Source of the DNA: Myxococcota bacterium
GTDB taxonomy: Bacteria > Myxococcota_A > UBA9160 > UBA4427
Length of the DNA: 64,000 nt
Direction: 5' to 3'
Assembly (NCBI GenBank): GCA_965250285.1
Contig: OZ252299.1
Location: 4,576,001 to 4,640,000, forward strand
Both the position numbers and the translations under genes were made by a program. This document shows positions 19,467 to 30,369 of the stretch, piece by piece. Under the pieces are notes generated by a model. That model was given only the letters and a program-made list of their open reading frames with translations. It was not told where the DNA came from and ran no database searches. The first letter of the stretch is position 1. Each line of letters starts with the position of its first letter.

Positions 19467-20822
19467 ATGCGCCCCGACTTTCCGTTCCGCCCGGCGGCGT
19501 TTCCCTTCTTCTATGGCTGGGTCGTCCTCGCGGCGTCGACCCTCGGCATCGTGATGAGCGTGCCGGGGCAGACGATGGGAGTGTCGGTCTTCGCCGACCA
19601 CATCCTCGACGCAACCGGTCTCTCTCGCCTCGAGCTCAGCAACGCGTACCTCGTGGGCACGATCGCAAGCGGCCTGGCTCTGCCCTGGGGCGGCACGCTG
19701 GTCGATCGCTTCGGTGTGCGGCGCATGATCGTGATCTCGTCGATCGGGCTCGCGGCCACCCTCTTGTTTCTCGCCCGCGGCGACGCGCTGATCGAGGCGC
19801 TCACGTCACGAATCACCTTCGCACCCGCCGGCTGGGTCGCGATGGCGGTCTTCGCGCTCGGCTTCACCGGCCTGCGGTTCACCGGCCAGGGCATGCTGAC
19901 GCTGACGTCACGCACGATGGTGGGCCGCTGGTTCGAGAAGAAGCGTGGCTTCGTCGCGGCGATCTCGGGGCCCTTCGTCAGCTTCTCGTTCGCCGGCGCG
20001 CCGCTGCTGCTCTCGTGGTGGATCGGCCGTGCGGGCTGGCGCGGGGCCTGGGTCGAGATGGCCGTGGTCGTCGCCGTTGTGATGGGCGGCCTCGGCTGGC
20101 TGCTGTTTCGCGAGACCCCCGAGTCGTGCGGACTGCACGTCGACGGTGCTTCGACCGGGCCCGACGCCCTTGCACTCACGGCGAGGGAGACGGTCGAAGA
20201 AGCGGCGGGGCCCCGCGGCGACGAAGCGGTCGAAGACGACTTCACTCGACCCGAGGCGCTGCGCACGGCGGCGTTCTGGCTCGTGACGCTCGCCATCGGC
20301 AGTCAGGCGATGGTGGGCACCGGCATCACGTTCCACATCGTCGACCTCGGTGCCGAGATGGGTCTCGCCGAGCAGCAGGCCGTCGCGATCTTTCTGCCGA
20401 TCGCCGTCGTCAGCGCGCTGGTCGGCTTTCTCGCCGGCGCAGCCGTCGACCGCTATCCGATTCGGCACCTCATCATGGTCATGATGGCCGCACAGTGCGT
20501 CATGTTCTCGGCGATGGCCCACTTCGCCGAGCCGGGCTGGCGCTTGGCCGCGACGCTGGGCTGGGGGATCGCGAGCGGGTTCTATGGCCCGCTCACGGTG
20601 GCGGCGATCCCCAACTTCTTCGGCCGTACGCACCTCGGTGCGATCCAGGGCGCCATGATGAGCGCGATCGTGATCGCGAGCGCGCTCGGCCCGTCGGCCC
20701 TCGCGGCCCTGCGCGACGGCTTCGACTCGTACGTGCCGGGCCTCTATCTGATGGTCGCCCTACCGGCGCTGGTCTTCTTCGGGGCGCCGCTCACGCCGGA
20801 TCCGAAGCGACCGACCGCCTGA
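19467..20822 (+). CDS. MFS transporter
   Basis: FFYGWVV, GTLVDRFGVR motif A, FFGRTHLGAIQG; about 12 TM segments. Confidence 0.9.
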   Translation: MRPDFPFRPAAFPFFYGWVVLAASTLGIVMSVPGQTMGVSVFADHILDATGLSRLELSNAYLVGTIASGLALPWGGTLVDRFGVRRMIVISSIGLAATLLFLARGDALIEALTSRITFAPAGWVAMAVFALGFTGLRFTGQGMLTLTSRTMVGRWFEKKRGFVAAISGPFVSFSFAGAPLLLSWWIGRAGWRGAWVEMAVVVAVVMGGLGWLLFRETPESCGLHVDGASTGPDALALTARETVEEAAGPRGDEAVEDDFTRPEALRTAAFWLVTLAIGSQAMVGTGITFHIVDLGAEMGLAEQQAVAIFLPIAVVSALVGFLAGAAVDRYPIRHLIMVMMAAQCVMFSAMAHFAEPGWRLAATLGWGIASGFYGPLTVAAIPNFFGRTHLGAIQGAMMSAIVIASALGPSALAALRDGFDSYVPGLYLMVALPALVFFGAPLTPDPKRPTA

Positions 20823-20853
20823 AGGCGGAAGGCCCGCACGACCTGAGCCCGCG

Positions 20854-21741
20854 CTACCAGAAGCTCTTCAGGATCAGATGATCGGGGATATCGTCTTTGA
20901 TCTCTTCGTGCAGCTGCGGGAGCAGCGACCAGTGCACGCCCGGGCGCTTGTGGTGCGCCGTGTGGAGGCCGAGGTTGCACGTCACGAAGTTGTAGATGCG
21001 GTTCTCGCGGTTCACGCTGCCGACCAGATGATCGTGGGTCTCGCAGCCCGCGTGGTGCTCGTAGGTCGCCCAGATCGTGTGCGTCAGCGCGATGAACCCG
21101 GGCACGAGAAACACGATGACGGTGTTGAGCGGATTCAGCCAGAGCAGGAGGCCGAGCACCGCGTACACCGGCAGCTTCATGGCCAGCCAGTAGCGCATGT
21201 ACCGCGGGTAGCGCAGGCCGACCTGATAGATGTCGGACTGATGCCGCAGCAGCATGTCGATCGTGTACTCGACGCGCGACATCTGCGCACCGTCGCGGCG
21301 CGTCCAGGCCGACTCGTCGGGCGACGCGTGCGGGTGCTGATTGAGATAGTTGACGTGGTGCCCGAGGTTGTGATGGAGCACCCAGCTGTACGGCCCCACA
21401 CCCGTCTGCAGCGACAGCATGACGTCGTAGATGCGGTTCAGCGCCGGCGAACGGAACGTGTTGATGTGCTGATGGTGGTGGTTGATCGCCGCGACGAACA
21501 TGCTGAGCACCGTCAACGGCACCGCGCACGCCAACGCGACCCACGGCCCGGCGAAGGCCCAGACCGCGAGATGCGCCGCGAACTTGGTGATGACGAACGC
21601 CACCGGCAGGCGGTCGGCCTTGTACTTGAGCACGCTGCCGCGGCGGGCCTCCTCCACGCTGATGCGCGAGCGGCGGCGCGACCCTGCGCCCGCGGTCAGC
21701 TCATCGAGTACGGGCGGCACGAGATCGGTGCTGGCTGTCAT
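20854..21741 (-). CDS. Membrane fatty-acid desaturase family protein
   Basis: Three His boxes: HHHQH, HHNLGHH, HTAHH. Confidence 0.88.
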   Translation of the reverse strand: MTASTDLVPPVLDELTAGAGSRRRSRISVEEARRGSVLKYKADRLPVAFVITKFAAHLAVWAFAGPWVALACAVPLTVLSMFVAAINHHHQHINTFRSPALNRIYDVMLSLQTGVGPYSWVLHHNLGHHVNYLNQHPHASPDESAWTRRDGAQMSRVEYTIDMLLRHQSDIYQVGLRYPRYMRYWLAMKLPVYAVLGLLLWLNPLNTVIVFLVPGFIALTHTIWATYEHHAGCETHDHLVGSVNRENRIYNFVTCNLGLHTAHHKRPGVHWSLLPQLHEEIKDDIPDHLILKSFW

Positions 21742-22025
21742 GATACGAGTCGACTCTCCGTCTTTCGGTCAGCGGGCGCGGGGTACCGGATGCAGATCGG
21801 CCAGTCGCGGCCGTCACACGAGCGCATGCGACGGGGCAACGGGCGTCCGGCGGTCGCAGATCCGTCCGCCGTTCATCGGGAGGCGGCGCGCAGTGTATGG
21901 GAGTCATCGACACGCCGGATCGTTCAGCGTGTGAAAGCTCGGTCAAATCGGGGCGGGCGGGCAGCCGAGGGCATAGGGTGATCACCCGAGCGAGCCACGT
22001 CCGAGGGGCGGCGGAGGCGCCGCGC

Positions 22026-22439
22026 TCAGCCCGGGTTGCGCTCGTGGGCCGGGATGTCCGGATTCGCGGGGCACCACGGCTGCGCCGAAGACGACCAGAA
22101 CGAAGACGCCGGCTCGACCCACGACGCGTCATCGAGCGCACCCGTCTTCACGAAGAAGGCGCCGGGCATGACCTCGACCTGGCTGAACAGCTGTGAGCCG
22201 CAGGTGGCGCAGAAGCTCCGCTCGACCCCGCCACCGCTCTCCCCGCTGACGCGCCAGACGGCCGGCGTGCCCTCGAGCTCGAAGGCCGGCGCCGGCACGA
22301 TGCAGAACGTGGCGAAGGCGCTCCCGGTCGCGCGCTGGCAATCGAGACAGTGACAATGGTGGGCCGACGGCGACGCACCTCGGTCGAACCGAAACCGGAT
22401 CGCGCCGCACGCACAGCCGCCCGCGACCTGCTCGCCCAT
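22026..22439 (-). CDS. GFA/CENP-V family Zn-binding protein
   Basis: GGCACGAIRF, CHCLDCQR, RSFCATCGS. Confidence 0.92.
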   Translation of the reverse strand: MGEQVAGGCACGAIRFRFDRGASPSAHHCHCLDCQRATGSAFATFCIVPAPAFELEGTPAVWRVSGESGGGVERSFCATCGSQLFSQVEVMPGAFFVKTGALDDASWVEPASSFWSSSAQPWCPANPDIPAHERNPG

Positions 22440-22509
22440 GATCGATCCCCTCTCGGTTCGGCCCGGCTGGAGCGCGGCGGCCCCAAGGGCCGGCTCGCGC
22501 AGCGTCGGC

Positions 22510-23241
22510 TCACTCGTAGTTGTTGAAGAAGAACGTCGCGAGCGCGAGGTGCTCGAGTACGTTCGTGCCCCCGCGCTTGTCGATGTACCGATTCTGGTAG
22601 CCGATCTCGACCGTCCCGCCGATGCGCTTCGAGTAGGTCCAGGCGACGCCGAGGAAGAACCGGTTCTCGTCGAACCCGGCTTCCTGGCCCCAGTCGGTGC
22701 TCTTGAGATGAAAGAACACCTCGTCGAAGGCCGCGATGCTGACCGGCGAGCCCTTGCGGATCGGCAGCGTCGTCTTGAAGAGCTGCCGAAGGCGCAGACC
22801 CACATCCGCCGAGTCGTCTCGCCATCGCTGCTCGAGGCGGGTGCGCCAGAGTCGCGTGAAGCGACCCGAGGGCTCCGACCAGCTGAACTGCTGCCAGAGC
22901 TGGTGCTCGTTGGTCTTCGGCGCGTTCTCCGGGACCGACCCGACCCACGTGTAGCCGAGCCACAGGCTGCCGCTGTCGAAGATGCGCCAACCGAGCGCAG
23001 GGCGAAGGATCGTCTGGCTGAACCCGTCGTTGCTCTCGAGAAAGCGCACCTGGTGATCGAACCAGTAGAGCAGGCGGTCGAGCTTGGGCGTGGCGCGGCC
23101 GAAGTCGCCCTGGGCGACGAGCACCAGCCAGCCACCGCCATCCTGATCGAGGTCGGCATGGGCCGGTGAGCCGGCCATGAGCAGGCCTGCGAGCACCGCC
23201 ACGAGCATCGCGACGCGCTTCGTTCCCACCGTGTTCCCCAC
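22510..23241 (-). CDS. DUF2490-family outer-membrane beta-barrel
   Basis: Signal peptide; EHQLWQQF, RTRLEQR, RLRQ, DEVFF, FDENR, EIGYQN. Confidence 0.85.
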   Translation of the reverse strand: MGNTVGTKRVAMLVAVLAGLLMAGSPAHADLDQDGGGWLVLVAQGDFGRATPKLDRLLYWFDHQVRFLESNDGFSQTILRPALGWRIFDSGSLWLGYTWVGSVPENAPKTNEHQLWQQFSWSEPSGRFTRLWRTRLEQRWRDDSADVGLRLRQLFKTTLPIRKGSPVSIAAFDEVFFHLKSTDWGQEAGFDENRFFLGVAWTYSKRIGGTVEIGYQNRYIDKRGGTNVLEHLALATFFFNNYE

Positions 23242-23569
23242 TGCCCGTCTCCCGTGCGAGGTCGTCCGGACATCCCCACCTGGGCCGCTCTCGGCTCGAC
23301 GGACGGTCTCGGTTTCGCCGGGAGTACAGGTAGCCTGTGCAGCTGCAGATCACACCCAGGGTCGGCGCAGCTGCGCCGGCCGACCGTGCTCTGCGGGGTT
23401 CACCACCCGGGTGCCGAGTGCCCAGCGAGCAAGCGCCTCGCATGTCCGGATTCGAGATGAAGCGCGCAGCGTCCGAGTCGAGAAGCCGACTCGAGCGAGC
23501 CCACGGCGCGCGATCGGGCGTGTACCCTCGGACGTTCCCGATCCGACCATGTTCATGCAGGAGGACCCC

Positions 23570-24412
23570 ATGGATCCCAACGACCTCTCCCAGCTTCAGG
23601 AGAAGTATCTCGACCCGCTCGTCGAGCAGGCCGTCGTCTTCGGCCCCAAGCTGCTGCTCGCGCTCGCCACGCTGGTGATCGGCCTCTGGCTGATCGGTCG
23701 CGTCGCCAAGGCGCTCGACAGCGCGATGGCGCGCAACAACGTCGAGGTGACCCTGCGCGGGTTCCTCCACAACCTGATCTCGATCGGTCTGAAGATCGTG
23801 CTCGGCGTCGTGGTGATCACGATGGTCGGCGTCGAGACCACCTCGATCGTCGCGATCTTCGGTGCCGCCGGTCTCGCCGTCGGTCTGGCGCTGCAGGGCA
23901 GTCTCTCGAACTTCGCCGGCGGCGTGCTGATCCTCTTCTTCAAGCCCTTCAAGGTCGGTGACGTCATCGACGCCCAGGGCTTCCTGGGCAAGGTCGAGCA
24001 GATCCAGATCTTCAACACGATCCTGCTGAGCCTCGACAACAAGCGCATCGTCATGCCCAATGGGCAGCTCTCGAACGGGCCGATCACCAACCTCTTCCAC
24101 GAGCCGATCCGGCGCGTCGATCTCAAGTTCGGTGTCAGCTACGGCGACGACGTGGCGAAGGTGAAGCAGGTGATCAACTCGGTGATCGACGAGACGGACG
24201 GCATTCTGGCCGACCCGCCGCGGGAGATCTGGCTCGCAGAGCACGCCGACAGCTCGATCAACTTCGTCGTCCGCGTCTGGGCGAACAGCGAGGACTACTG
24301 GCCCGTGCACTTCAACATGATGGAGAACACGAAGCTCGCGTTCGATCGAGAGGGCATCTCGATCCCGTTCCCGCAGCGCGACGTGCACATGATCCCGCCC
24401 TCGGCCGCCTAG
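23570..24412 (+). CDS. mscS: Small-conductance mechanosensitive channel
   Basis: GAAGLAVGLALQGSLSNFAGG, KPFKVGD, ISIPFPQRDVH; AGGAGG RBS. Confidence 0.93.
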   Translation: MDPNDLSQLQEKYLDPLVEQAVVFGPKLLLALATLVIGLWLIGRVAKALDSAMARNNVEVTLRGFLHNLISIGLKIVLGVVVITMVGVETTSIVAIFGAAGLAVGLALQGSLSNFAGGVLILFFKPFKVGDVIDAQGFLGKVEQIQIFNTILLSLDNKRIVMPNGQLSNGPITNLFHEPIRRVDLKFGVSYGDDVAKVKQVINSVIDETDGILADPPREIWLAEHADSSINFVVRVWANSEDYWPVHFNMMENTKLAFDREGISIPFPQRDVHMIPPSAA

Positions 24413-24456
24413 GCCGGCCTCGACCCGCCCAGGCCGAGACGCGAGCCACGAAACGA

Positions 24457-24490
24457 AGAGCGCCCGGTTCGAGATCGAACCGGGCGCTCT
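24457..24490. terminator. Bidirectional intrinsic-terminator hairpin between convergent genes
   Basis: 16-bp perfect inverted repeat AGAGCGCCCGGTTCGA-GA-TCGAACCGGGCGCTCT. Confidence 0.75.
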
Positions 24491-24513
24491 GGTTTCGGTG
24501 GCTCAGTCGGTCG

Positions 24514-25221
24514 TCAGTCGTTGCGACCGCCCAGCAGACCGAGCTGCATCGCCCAGTACAGCAGCGTCATGAGCGAGGTCGCGAACGCGGCGACGTAGGT
24601 CATCGCGGCGGCGTTCAGCACCTTCTTCGCGCCGGTGTACTCTTCGTCGGTGACGTAGCGACCGCGCAGGCACGCCAGGGCACGGCTGCTCGCGTCGAAC
24701 TCGACGGGCAGCGTGACGAGCGTGAAGATCGTCGTCGTCGCGAAGAGACCGACGCCGATGTAGGCGGCCAGCGAGCCCCACGCGGTCGCGGTGCCGCCGA
24801 GGAAGACGGCTGCGATGATGACGATCATCGACAAGCCACTGCCGGTGCTCGCGACCGGCACCCAGGCCGATCGGAACTTCAACGGGGCATAGCCCTGCGC
24901 ATCCTGAATCGCGTGCCCCACCTCGTGGGCGGCGACGCCAAAGGCGGCCATGCTGTTGCTGCCGTAGACCGGCTCGGATAGACGCAGGGTCTTCGTCGAC
25001 GGGTCGTAGTGGTCGGTCATCGAGCCACGGATCGGCTCGATCGTGACGTCGGAGATGCCGTTCTCATTCAGGATCGCCTGCGCGACCTGAGCGCCGGTCA
25101 TGCCCGAGCGCGTCGGAATCTGGCTGTACTTGCGAAAGCGACTCTTCACCGTCGCCGAAGCCCAGAGGCTGAGCACCATGCCGGCGCCGATGACGAGCCA
25201 ATAGAGCGGGTCGAACAACAT
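24514..25221 (-). CDS. YugP-like membrane zinc metallopeptidase (Zn_peptidase_2)
   Basis: TDHYDP, AAHEVGHAIQ (HExxH), LPVEFDAS, AAAMTYVA. Confidence 0.92.
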   Translation of the reverse strand: MLFDPLYWLVIGAGMVLSLWASATVKSRFRKYSQIPTRSGMTGAQVAQAILNENGISDVTIEPIRGSMTDHYDPSTKTLRLSEPVYGSNSMAAFGVAAHEVGHAIQDAQGYAPLKFRSAWVPVASTGSGLSMIVIIAAVFLGGTATAWGSLAAYIGVGLFATTTIFTLVTLPVEFDASSRALACLRGRYVTDEEYTGAKKVLNAAAMTYVAAFATSLMTLLYWAMQLGLLGGRND

Positions 25222-25572
25222 GTGGGGTGAACCTCCAATCAATCTGTCACCGAGGAGCGTGCGCGCGGCGGCGGCCCCGGCAAGGGCCGAGGCGACCGAG
25301 GGTAGCTCTGGGTCCTCTTCGGCCGAGGCGATCCTCCCGCTTTGGACGACCCAGACCCCGACGACGTTGCATCGAATCCCCCGGGGCAAGTGATCTGGCT
25401 CATCCTTGGGCCGCCTGTGGCCCGAGAATCGAAGGTTTTTCACCCCGATGTGGCTTCACTGGGGCCTGCGGAAAGCCGATTCAGAAACGAGCCCTGTGCG
25501 TTCCCCCCGGCGTGCACCGCGCCCACGCGGCCGGCGACGCCCGACGCGAGCCCCCTGACCGGAGTGCCCCCC

Positions 25573-26457
25573 ATGGAAGCCATCCTGCGCCGCGTGACCG
25601 ACCCGAGCGACCTCGCCCACGTGGCCCAGCCCGACATCCCGTACCGCTTCGACCAGATCTTCAGCGCCGAGGGCTTCGGCGCGAAGCGGCTCGAGAAGAA
25701 GCGGCTGAAGCTGATGAAGGCGATCGACGAGCGCGTCCGCACCTTCCTGGCCGAGGGCGAGACCGTCGAGTTCGTGACCTGGGGCGTCGATTACTCGTTC
25801 GCCGAGCACTACTTCATGGGCGTCTGGGCGCAGCTCATGAATCGACGCGCCGTGATCCTGACGAACAAGCGCATCCTCTTGATCCAGATCAACTCGCGCA
25901 ACAAGGTCCTGCAGCTCAAGAGCCAGGTTCGCTACACGGCGATCACGAAGTTCTCGAAGGGCACGTTCGGCTATCTCGGGCTCGTGCTGCGCGACAAGAA
26001 GACCCTCACGTTGACCAGCGTGCCGCGCAAGGACCGCAAGCAGCTGCGCGAGCGCATTGCGGCCAACATGGAAGCGACGCGCATGGAAGCACCGGCGCCG
26101 GGCATGGAGAACCTTTGCCCCCACTGCGGCCACCGCGTGCTCGGCTTGCCCGAGCGCTGCAGTCAGTGTGCGAGAGATTTCAAGTCGGGGGCGAAGGCAG
26201 GCTGGCTCAGCCTGATCCTCCCCGGTCTCGGCGACATGTATCTCGGGCACAAGGGCCTCGGCACCATGGAGATGATCGGGGCGCTCTTCGCATGGGGCTT
26301 CATCGGCTTTGCGTTCCTCGGAGCGGAGGGCGGCGAGATCGACCCCATGACGATCGGCGTCGTGGCGACGATCGTCTTCTGCTTCGTGCATCTGCCCGAC
26401 GCCTGGATCACCCGCCGCATGGGCCTGAAGGGCATCTACCCCGCCGATCCCGACTGA
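25573..26457 (+). CDS. Hypothetical membrane protein (PH-like N-domain, Zn ribbon, C-terminal TMs)
   Basis: VILTNKRIL PH-like strand; CPHC...CSQC; PGLGDMYLG followed by TM helices; GGAG RBS. Confidence 0.65.
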   Translation: MEAILRRVTDPSDLAHVAQPDIPYRFDQIFSAEGFGAKRLEKKRLKLMKAIDERVRTFLAEGETVEFVTWGVDYSFAEHYFMGVWAQLMNRRAVILTNKRILLIQINSRNKVLQLKSQVRYTAITKFSKGTFGYLGLVLRDKKTLTLTSVPRKDRKQLRERIAANMEATRMEAPAPGMENLCPHCGHRVLGLPERCSQCARDFKSGAKAGWLSLILPGLGDMYLGHKGLGTMEMIGALFAWGFIGFAFLGAEGGEIDPMTIGVVATIVFCFVHLPDAWITRRMGLKGIYPADPD

Positions 26458-26509
26458 CCCGGCCGCCCCAGGGCCGCGGTCTCACCCGCACCGGGGCGCA
26501 GAACCTTCG

Positions 26510-26515
26510 TATAAT
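26510..26515 (+). promoter_or_regulatory. Candidate sigma70 -10 element
   Basis: TATAAT 44 bp upstream of the ATG at 26560. Confidence 0.5.
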
Positions 26516-26559
26516 GGGCGCTCCCGGTCCGAACGCCTCGGCCGGCCGCGGGAGGCTCC

Positions 26560-27498
26560 ATGCCCTTCGACAATCGAATCACGAATCTGCTCGGCGTCGA
26601 GGTACCGATCGTACAGGCGCCGATGGGCTGGATCGCACGATCGCAGCTCGCGTCGGCGGTCTCGAACGCCGGCGCCCTCGGCATCATCGAGACGAGCTCG
26701 GGTGAGCTCGACGCGATCCGCGGCGAGATCGCCAAGATGCGCGAGCTCACCGACAAGCCCTTCGGCGTCAACATCGCCCAGGCCTTCGTACGCGACCCCG
26801 ACATCGTCGACTTCGTCGTCGACCAGGGCGTCCGCTTCGTGACGACGTCCGCCGGCGATCCTCGCCAGTACACCGAGAAGCTGAAGGCCGCCGGGCTCAC
26901 CGTCTTTCATGTGGTGCCGACGCTCAAGGCCGCGCTGCGCGCGGTCGAAGCCGGTGTCGACGGCCTGGTCGTCGAAGGCGGCGAGGGCGGCGGCTTCAAG
27001 AACCCGCGCGAGGTCGCGAGCTTCGTGCTGCTGCCGCTCGTGCGCGAACACACCGACGTGCCGATCATCGCCGCCGGCGGCATCTGCGACGGACCGACCA
27101 TGGCCGCCGCGTTTGCGCTCGGCGCGGAGGGCGTGCAGATGGGCACGCGCATGGTGAGCGCGGCCGAGTCGCCCGTGCACACGGGCTGGAAGGACGCCAT
27201 CGTCGCGGCGGCCGAAACCGACACCGTGCTCCTGAAACAGCCGAAGGGCCCGGCCCTGCGCGCGCTGCGCACCGAAACGAGCACCGCGCTCGAAGCCGGT
27301 GAAGGCAACCCGATGGCCGTGCTGGGCGGGGGCGTGAAGGGCGTGTACTTCGAGGGCAACATGGAGGCGGGCCTCGCGCTGACCGGTCAGGTCGCCGGAC
27401 GCATCGAAGCCGTCGAGCCGGTCGCGCGCATCATCGCCGACACGGTCGCGGGCTTCGAAAAGACGGTGAAGGCGCTGGCATCCGGCGCGACGGGCTAG
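26560..27498 (+). CDS. Nitronate monooxygenase/FabK-like flavoprotein
   Basis: PIVQAPM, VSNAGALG, PIIAAGGI, GAEGVQMGTR. Confidence 0.9.
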   Translation: MPFDNRITNLLGVEVPIVQAPMGWIARSQLASAVSNAGALGIIETSSGELDAIRGEIAKMRELTDKPFGVNIAQAFVRDPDIVDFVVDQGVRFVTTSAGDPRQYTEKLKAAGLTVFHVVPTLKAALRAVEAGVDGLVVEGGEGGGFKNPREVASFVLLPLVREHTDVPIIAAGGICDGPTMAAAFALGAEGVQMGTRMVSAAESPVHTGWKDAIVAAAETDTVLLKQPKGPALRALRTETSTALEAGEGNPMAVLGGGVKGVYFEGNMEAGLALTGQVAGRIEAVEPVARIIADTVAGFEKTVKALASGATG

Positions 27499-27574
27499 CG
27501 CCCCGGCGTCGAGCAGGGTCGGAGCGAACGCGGTGAAGGCGGCGCCTCTCGTGGCGCCGCGTCGGAGGATCGAC

Positions 27575-28228
27575 ATGGGTTCCGACGACGAGAGCGCCCG
27601 GGTGGGGACCGAGCCGATCGGGCGACCGACGGCCGACCGCATCCTCGATGCGGCCGAAGCGCTCTTTGCGGCGCGCGGCTTCGCGGGCACCAGTGTGCGC
27701 GACATCGCCAACGCCGTCGGGCTCAACCCGGCGAGCCTGTACAACCACTTCGCGAACAAAGAAGCCCTGTACGAGGCCGTCCTCGCGCGGGGTGTGCGTC
27801 CGCTCGTCGAGCTGCTCGAGCAGGCGGCAAAGTCGGAGACCGTCGAAGCCGAGACGATCATCACGCGCGTGATGGAGCATCTCGCGCGCACGCCCCAGCT
27901 GCCGCGCCTGATCCAGCACGAGGCGCTCTCGGGCGGCGAACATCTGACCGAGGTGGTTCGCAACTGGGTGCATCCGCTGCTGGTGCCGGCCATGGCGGCG
28001 GCTTCGCGGCGCAGCGAGGGCTCGGGCTGGGACGAAGACGAGCTCGCGCCGATGATCGCGGCCTGGCTGCACATGGTGTTCGGACACTTCGCGCTGGCAC
28101 CCATGCTCGGCGAGCTCTTCGGCGGCGATCCCCTGTCGCCCGAGAACCTCGAACGCCAGACCCGATTTCTGCGCAAGGCCAGCGTGCGGCTCATGGGCGA
28201 CGGCGAGGACGCAGACGGGTCGGATTGA
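27575..28228 (+). CDS. TetR/AcrR family transcriptional regulator
   Basis: RILDAAEALFAARGFAGTSVRDIA...LYNHFANKEAL HTH. Confidence 0.92.
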   Translation: MGSDDESARVGTEPIGRPTADRILDAAEALFAARGFAGTSVRDIANAVGLNPASLYNHFANKEALYEAVLARGVRPLVELLEQAAKSETVEAETIITRVMEHLARTPQLPRLIQHEALSGGEHLTEVVRNWVHPLLVPAMAAASRRSEGSGWDEDELAPMIAAWLHMVFGHFALAPMLGELFGGDPLSPENLERQTRFLRKASVRLMGDGEDADGSD

Positions 28229-28270
28229 TTCGGCTGCGCGCCGGAACGTCGTCGACGACCGGCCTCGCTC

Positions 28271-29470
28271 TCAGAGGCAGGCGTAGACCGTCTCGATGAG
28301 ACGCTGGGTGCGGGGCGTCTGCCACCGGTCGCCCGGCAGGTTCATCACGTAGCCGAAAGCGACATCGTTCTCGACGTCGGCGAAGCCGAGCGCACCGCCA
28401 TAGCCGTAGTGGCCGAACGCCGTCGCACTCGGACCGAGCGGTCGCGAGGGGATCGGCAGCTGGAACCCGATCCCGAAGCGCGAAGGCCGACCGAGGATCA
28501 CGTCGTCGCCATCGACCTCGCCCCGCGTCGCCTCATCGCGCAGTGAATCGCTCGGCGGCGTCGCGAGCTCGACGCCCGACCGCAGGAACCCGGCGTAGAG
28601 CGTCGCCACCGCGCGCGCGGTGGCGTGACCGCTCGTCGACGGAATCACCGAGCGCTTCCACTCGGGCGTGTGCGACGTGCCGGTGCCACTGATCCCGGGT
28701 GGATTGAAGTACGTGTGCCAGCGCATGAGGTCGTATGCGCGGTCGCCCGTGGGCGGAAACGCGAGGGCCCACTGCGCTTCGTTCTCGAGCAGCACGCTTG
28801 GGCCGAGCCAATCGGCGCAGCGCGATAGGAGCGCGTCGGGCACGCCGAAGAAGAAGTCGGCGCCGGCCGGCCGCGTCAGGTAGCGCGCGAGGGCAGCGGG
28901 CACCGACAGGCCCGTCGCCCGCTGAATCACCTCACCGACCAGAAAGCCGTAGGTGTTCACGTGATACCCGTGCGCCGAGCCGGGTCGCCAATAGGGCCGC
29001 TCGGCGCCGAGTCGGGCGCAGAGCCCGGCCCAGTCGTAGACGTGGCTCGGGTCGAGCTTCTCGCGAATTGCGGGGAGCCCCACCTGGTGGCTCGCGAGCA
29101 TGCGCACCGTCACGTCGTGCTTGCCGTGGGCGCCGAACTCGGGCCAGTGGTCGACGACCCGATCGTCGAACGAGAGCTTCCCATCCTCGGCCACGCACAG
29201 GAGCAGACCGGCGAGCACACCCTTCCCCACCGAGTAGACGCTCGCGAGCGTGTCGCGCTGCCACACGCGCGTGCGCGCGGCGTCCTGCCAGCCGCCCCAG
29301 AGATCGACGACGACCTCACCGCCCACGCGCAGGCTGAAGGCGGCCCCGACCTCACCGAGGTCGTCGAAGCTTCGCGTGAAGGCGTCGCGCACCGGCGCAA
29401 AGCGGGCAGCGCACTCGCCGTCGATGGTGGGCGCAGGGGCGGGCGGGTCGGATCGGGGCGCATCGCTCAT
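28271..29470 (-). CDS. Serine hydrolase (beta-lactamase/esterase family)
   Basis: SVGK (SxxK), [12 protein letters not shown]. Confidence 0.9.
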   Translation of the reverse strand: MSDAPRSDPPAPAPTIDGECAARFAPVRDAFTRSFDDLGEVGAAFSLRVGGEVVVDLWGGWQDAARTRVWQRDTLASVYSVGKGVLAGLLLCVAEDGKLSFDDRVVDHWPEFGAHGKHDVTVRMLASHQVGLPAIREKLDPSHVYDWAGLCARLGAERPYWRPGSAHGYHVNTYGFLVGEVIQRATGLSVPAALARYLTRPAGADFFFGVPDALLSRCADWLGPSVLLENEAQWALAFPPTGDRAYDLMRWHTYFNPPGISGTGTSHTPEWKRSVIPSTSGHATARAVATLYAGFLRSGVELATPPSDSLRDEATRGEVDGDDVILGRPSRFGIGFQLPIPSRPLGPSATAFGHYGYGGALGFADVENDVAFGYVMNLPGDRWQTPRTQRLIETVYACL

Positions 29471-29612
29471 GTGCGGTCGGTCCAGGGCGCGGCTCGTGGA
29501 ATCGGGCCCGGGCGGGAGGCCTCGTCCCGCCGAGACCGGCATCTTATCATCCGCTGCTCGGGCTGCGGCCCGCCGCCTCGTCCCCCCACCCCGACCCAGA
29601 GGATCGCATTCG

Positions 29613-30296
29613 ATGATCGAGCTGTTCACCGCCGGCACCCCCAATGGCTGGAAGGCCTCCATCACGCTCGAAGAGCTCGAGCTGCCCTACGAAGTGCGCG
29701 CGATCGACCTCGGATCGGGCGACCAGAAGAAGCCCGAGTATCTGGCGATCAATCCGAACGGACGCATCCCGGCGATCATCGACCACGATCTAGACGGTCT
29801 GCGCGTCTTCGAGTCGGGCGCGATCATGATCCACCTCTGCGAGAAGACCGGCAGCGACCTGCTGCCGACCGACGCCGCGCGGCGCGCCGAGGTGATGAGC
29901 TGGCTGATGTTCCAGATGGGCGGGGTCGGTCCCATGATGGGCCAGGCGAACGTCTTCTTTCGCTACTTCCCCGAGAAGATCCAGCCGGCGATCGATCGCT
30001 ACCAGAACGAGTCGCGCCGCCTCTTCGAGGTGCTCGACGGCCAGCTGCAGAAGACCGAGTGGCTCGCGGGCGAGTACTCGATCGCCGACATCGCGAACTG
30101 GTCGTGGGTGCGCATTCACGGTTGGTCGGGCGTGCCGGTCGACGGGCTCGACGCCCTCGCGAAGTGGATGGAGACGATGCAGGCGCGCCCGGCGGTGCAG
30201 CGCGGCGTCGCCGTCCCCGAGCAGCCCCGCGACACCGACAACGCCGAGACGGCCGAGCGCCTCAAGAAGGCCGGCGCTTCGATGATCGTCCGCTGA
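29613..30296 (+). CDS. Glutathione S-transferase (Nu-class, YfcG/YghU-like)
   Basis: [33 protein letters not shown]. Confidence 0.92.
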   Translation: MIELFTAGTPNGWKASITLEELELPYEVRAIDLGSGDQKKPEYLAINPNGRIPAIIDHDLDGLRVFESGAIMIHLCEKTGSDLLPTDAARRAEVMSWLMFQMGGVGPMMGQANVFFRYFPEKIQPAIDRYQNESRRLFEVLDGQLQKTEWLAGEYSIADIANWSWVRIHGWSGVPVDGLDALAKWMETMQARPAVQRGVAVPEQPRDTDNAETAERLKKAGASMIVR

Positions 30297-30369
30297 GGCC
30301 CCTGCGCACCCGGGCACGGCGCCCGCCGCGCGTCCATTCGGCTCGACTCTCTCGGAGAACCTGCTCGTC

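Noticed and set aside
25222..25572. Long intergenic region possibly hiding an ncRNA or small ORF
   Set aside because: No recognisable RNA motif or credible ORF; consistent with divergent promoters.
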